Source: an uncultured Solirubrobacterales bacterium
GTDB taxonomy: Bacteria; Actinomycetota; Thermoleophilia; Solirubrobacterales; Solirubrobacteraceae
DNA length: 32,000 nucleotides
Assembly: GCA_963743475.1 (NCBI GenBank)
Contig: CAVUPS010000001.1
Coordinates: 857,362 to 889,361, forward strand
Direction: 5' to 3'
Every line of letters starts with the position of its first letter. The first letter of the stretch is position 1. The notes below the pieces were generated by a model. It was not told the origin of the DNA and ran no database searches. It was given only the letters and a program-made list of their open reading frames with translations. The position numbers were made by a program, and so were the translations under genes. Below, piece after piece: positions 30,839 to 32,000 of this stretch.

Positions 30839-32000
30839 TTGCGCCTGCCTGCCCGCCCTACCGTCTATGAGATCAACACCGCGGTGTGGCTCGAGCGGCT
30901 GGGTCGTGGACGTGGCCGACCGCTGCTGCTCGGAGAGGTCCCAGCGGGCGAGTGGGACGCGCTGGAGGCGCTGCCGGTCGACGCGGTGTGGCTGATGGGA
31001 GTGTGGCAGCGCAGCCCGGCGGGGCTGCAGATCGCGCTCGCCGATCCGAAGCTCGACGCCGGGAACCGGGCCGCGCTGCCGGACCTGCGCCCCGAGGATG
31101 TGATCGGCTCGCCCTATTGCGTGCGCGACTATGTCGTCGACGAGCGATTCGGCGGTCCTGACGCGCTCGCGACAGCCCGCCAGCAGCTCGCTGACCGCGG
31201 CCTGGGGCTGATCCTCGACTACGTGCCAAACCACGTCGCTCCCGACCACCCCTGGCTGAGCGACCGCCCGGAATGCTTCCTCGCCGCCAGCGACGAGGAA
31301 CTCGCGTCGCACCCAGAGGCGTTCATGCGGACCGATGCCGGCGTGGTCGCGAAAGGGCGCGATCCCTACTTCCCGCCGTGGCCGGACGTTGTGCAACTGA
31401 ACGCGTTCTCGCCCGAGCTGCGCGACGCGGTCGCCGAGACACTGATCGATATCGGCCGCCAGTGCGACGGGCTGCGCTGCGACATGGCGATGCTGATGAC
31501 CAACGAGGTGTTCGCCCGTACGTGGGGCGCGCGCGCGGGGTCCGCTCCGGATCAGGACTACTGGCCGACACTGATCGCGCGCGTTAAGGATGCCCACCCG
31601 GACCTCCTGTTCATGGCCGAGGCGTACTGGGACATGGAGTGGGCGCTTCAGCAGCAGGGGTTTGACCTTTGTTACGACAAGCGTCTCTACGACCGCTTGG
31701 TTGGAGATCCCGCCGAATCGGTCCGCGCGCATCTGCTGGCCGACCGCTCCTATCAGGAGCGGCTGATTCGGTTTATCGAGAATCACGACGAGCCGCGTGC
31801 AGCCGCCACCTTCGGGCCTGCCCAAGGGCGTGCCGCCGCGGTCGTGATATCCACGCTGCAAGGCGCACGCCTGTACCACGACGGCCAGTTAGACGGGCAC
31901 CGCACGAGGATCCCGGTATTCCTCAGCCGCGGACCCGACGAGCCACCAGACAGCGATCTATGCTCGTTCTACGAGCGGCTGCTGCGCGCCCTCGCGGACG
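30839..32000 (+). CDS. alpha-amylase family (GH13) enzyme, 3' end beyond window
   Basis: Manually translated frame (not in the ORF track because it lacks a stop): LPARPTVYEINTAVWLERLG..., GLILDYVPNHVAPDHPWL, CDGLRCDMAMLM (nucleophile Asp), LLFMAEAYWDMEWALQ (acid Glu), RFIENHDEPRAAATF. TTG start at 30839 is a guess. Confidence 0.85.
   Translation, partial: MRLPARPTVYEINTAVWLERLGRGRGRPLLLGEVPAGEWDALEALPVDAVWLMGVWQRSPAGLQIALADPKLDAGNRAALPDLRPEDVIGSPYCVRDYVVDERFGGPDALATARQQLADRGLGLILDYVPNHVAPDHPWLSDRPECFLAASDEELASHPEAFMRTDAGVVAKGRDPYFPPWPDVVQLNAFSPELRDAVAETLIDIGRQCDGLRCDMAMLMTNEVFARTWGARAGSAPDQDYWPTLIARVKDAHPDLLFMAEAYWDMEWALQQQGFDLCYDKRLYDRLVGDPAESVRAHLLADRSYQERLIRFIENHDEPRAAATFGPAQGRAAAVVISTLQGARLYHDGQLDGHRTRIPVFLSRGPDEPPDSDLCSFYERLLRALAD

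Overview
High-GC chromosomal window, probably from a Thermoleophilia/Solirubrobacterales-like actinobacterium (inferred from protein character only). Supported content, left to right: the 3' end of an NAD-glutamate dehydrogenase; a kaiB-kaiC pair with a 4-nt overlap, followed by a receiver-PAS-GGDEF-EAL protein; metY; an acetyl-CoA acetyltransferase; a compact cluster of NfuA-like protein (-), ATP-grasp (+), radical SAM (+) and DsrE-like protein (-); agmatine deiminase plus a nitrilase-family amidase; several small or decaying genes; an ERCC4 nuclease fused to an Lsr2-like domain; polysaccharide deacetylase; SulP transporter; MFS transporter; and a large GH63/MGH1-like hydrolase followed by a GH13 enzyme that runs off the right edge. 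The main observation is that the radical SAM ORF (11788..13152) appears to stop at a selenocysteine codon. Translation through the TGA at 13150-13152 gives the tail ...EPWFC-U-AEP-TEDQFGPLTA* (true stop 13192-13194), which is the CUAEP tail motif. A 7-bp stem with an AGUUC loop begins 13 nt after the UGA, a good bacterial SECIS candidate. Together with a dicysteine DsrE-like protein, an ATP-grasp protein and an NfuA-like protein, this suggests a little-characterised selenium-dependent pathway. The window also carries several gene remnants: an alpha-glucan phosphorylase 3' end, a transglutaminase frameshift, a XerD N-terminus, a DUF1269 pseudogene and an internally deleted GH15 gene.
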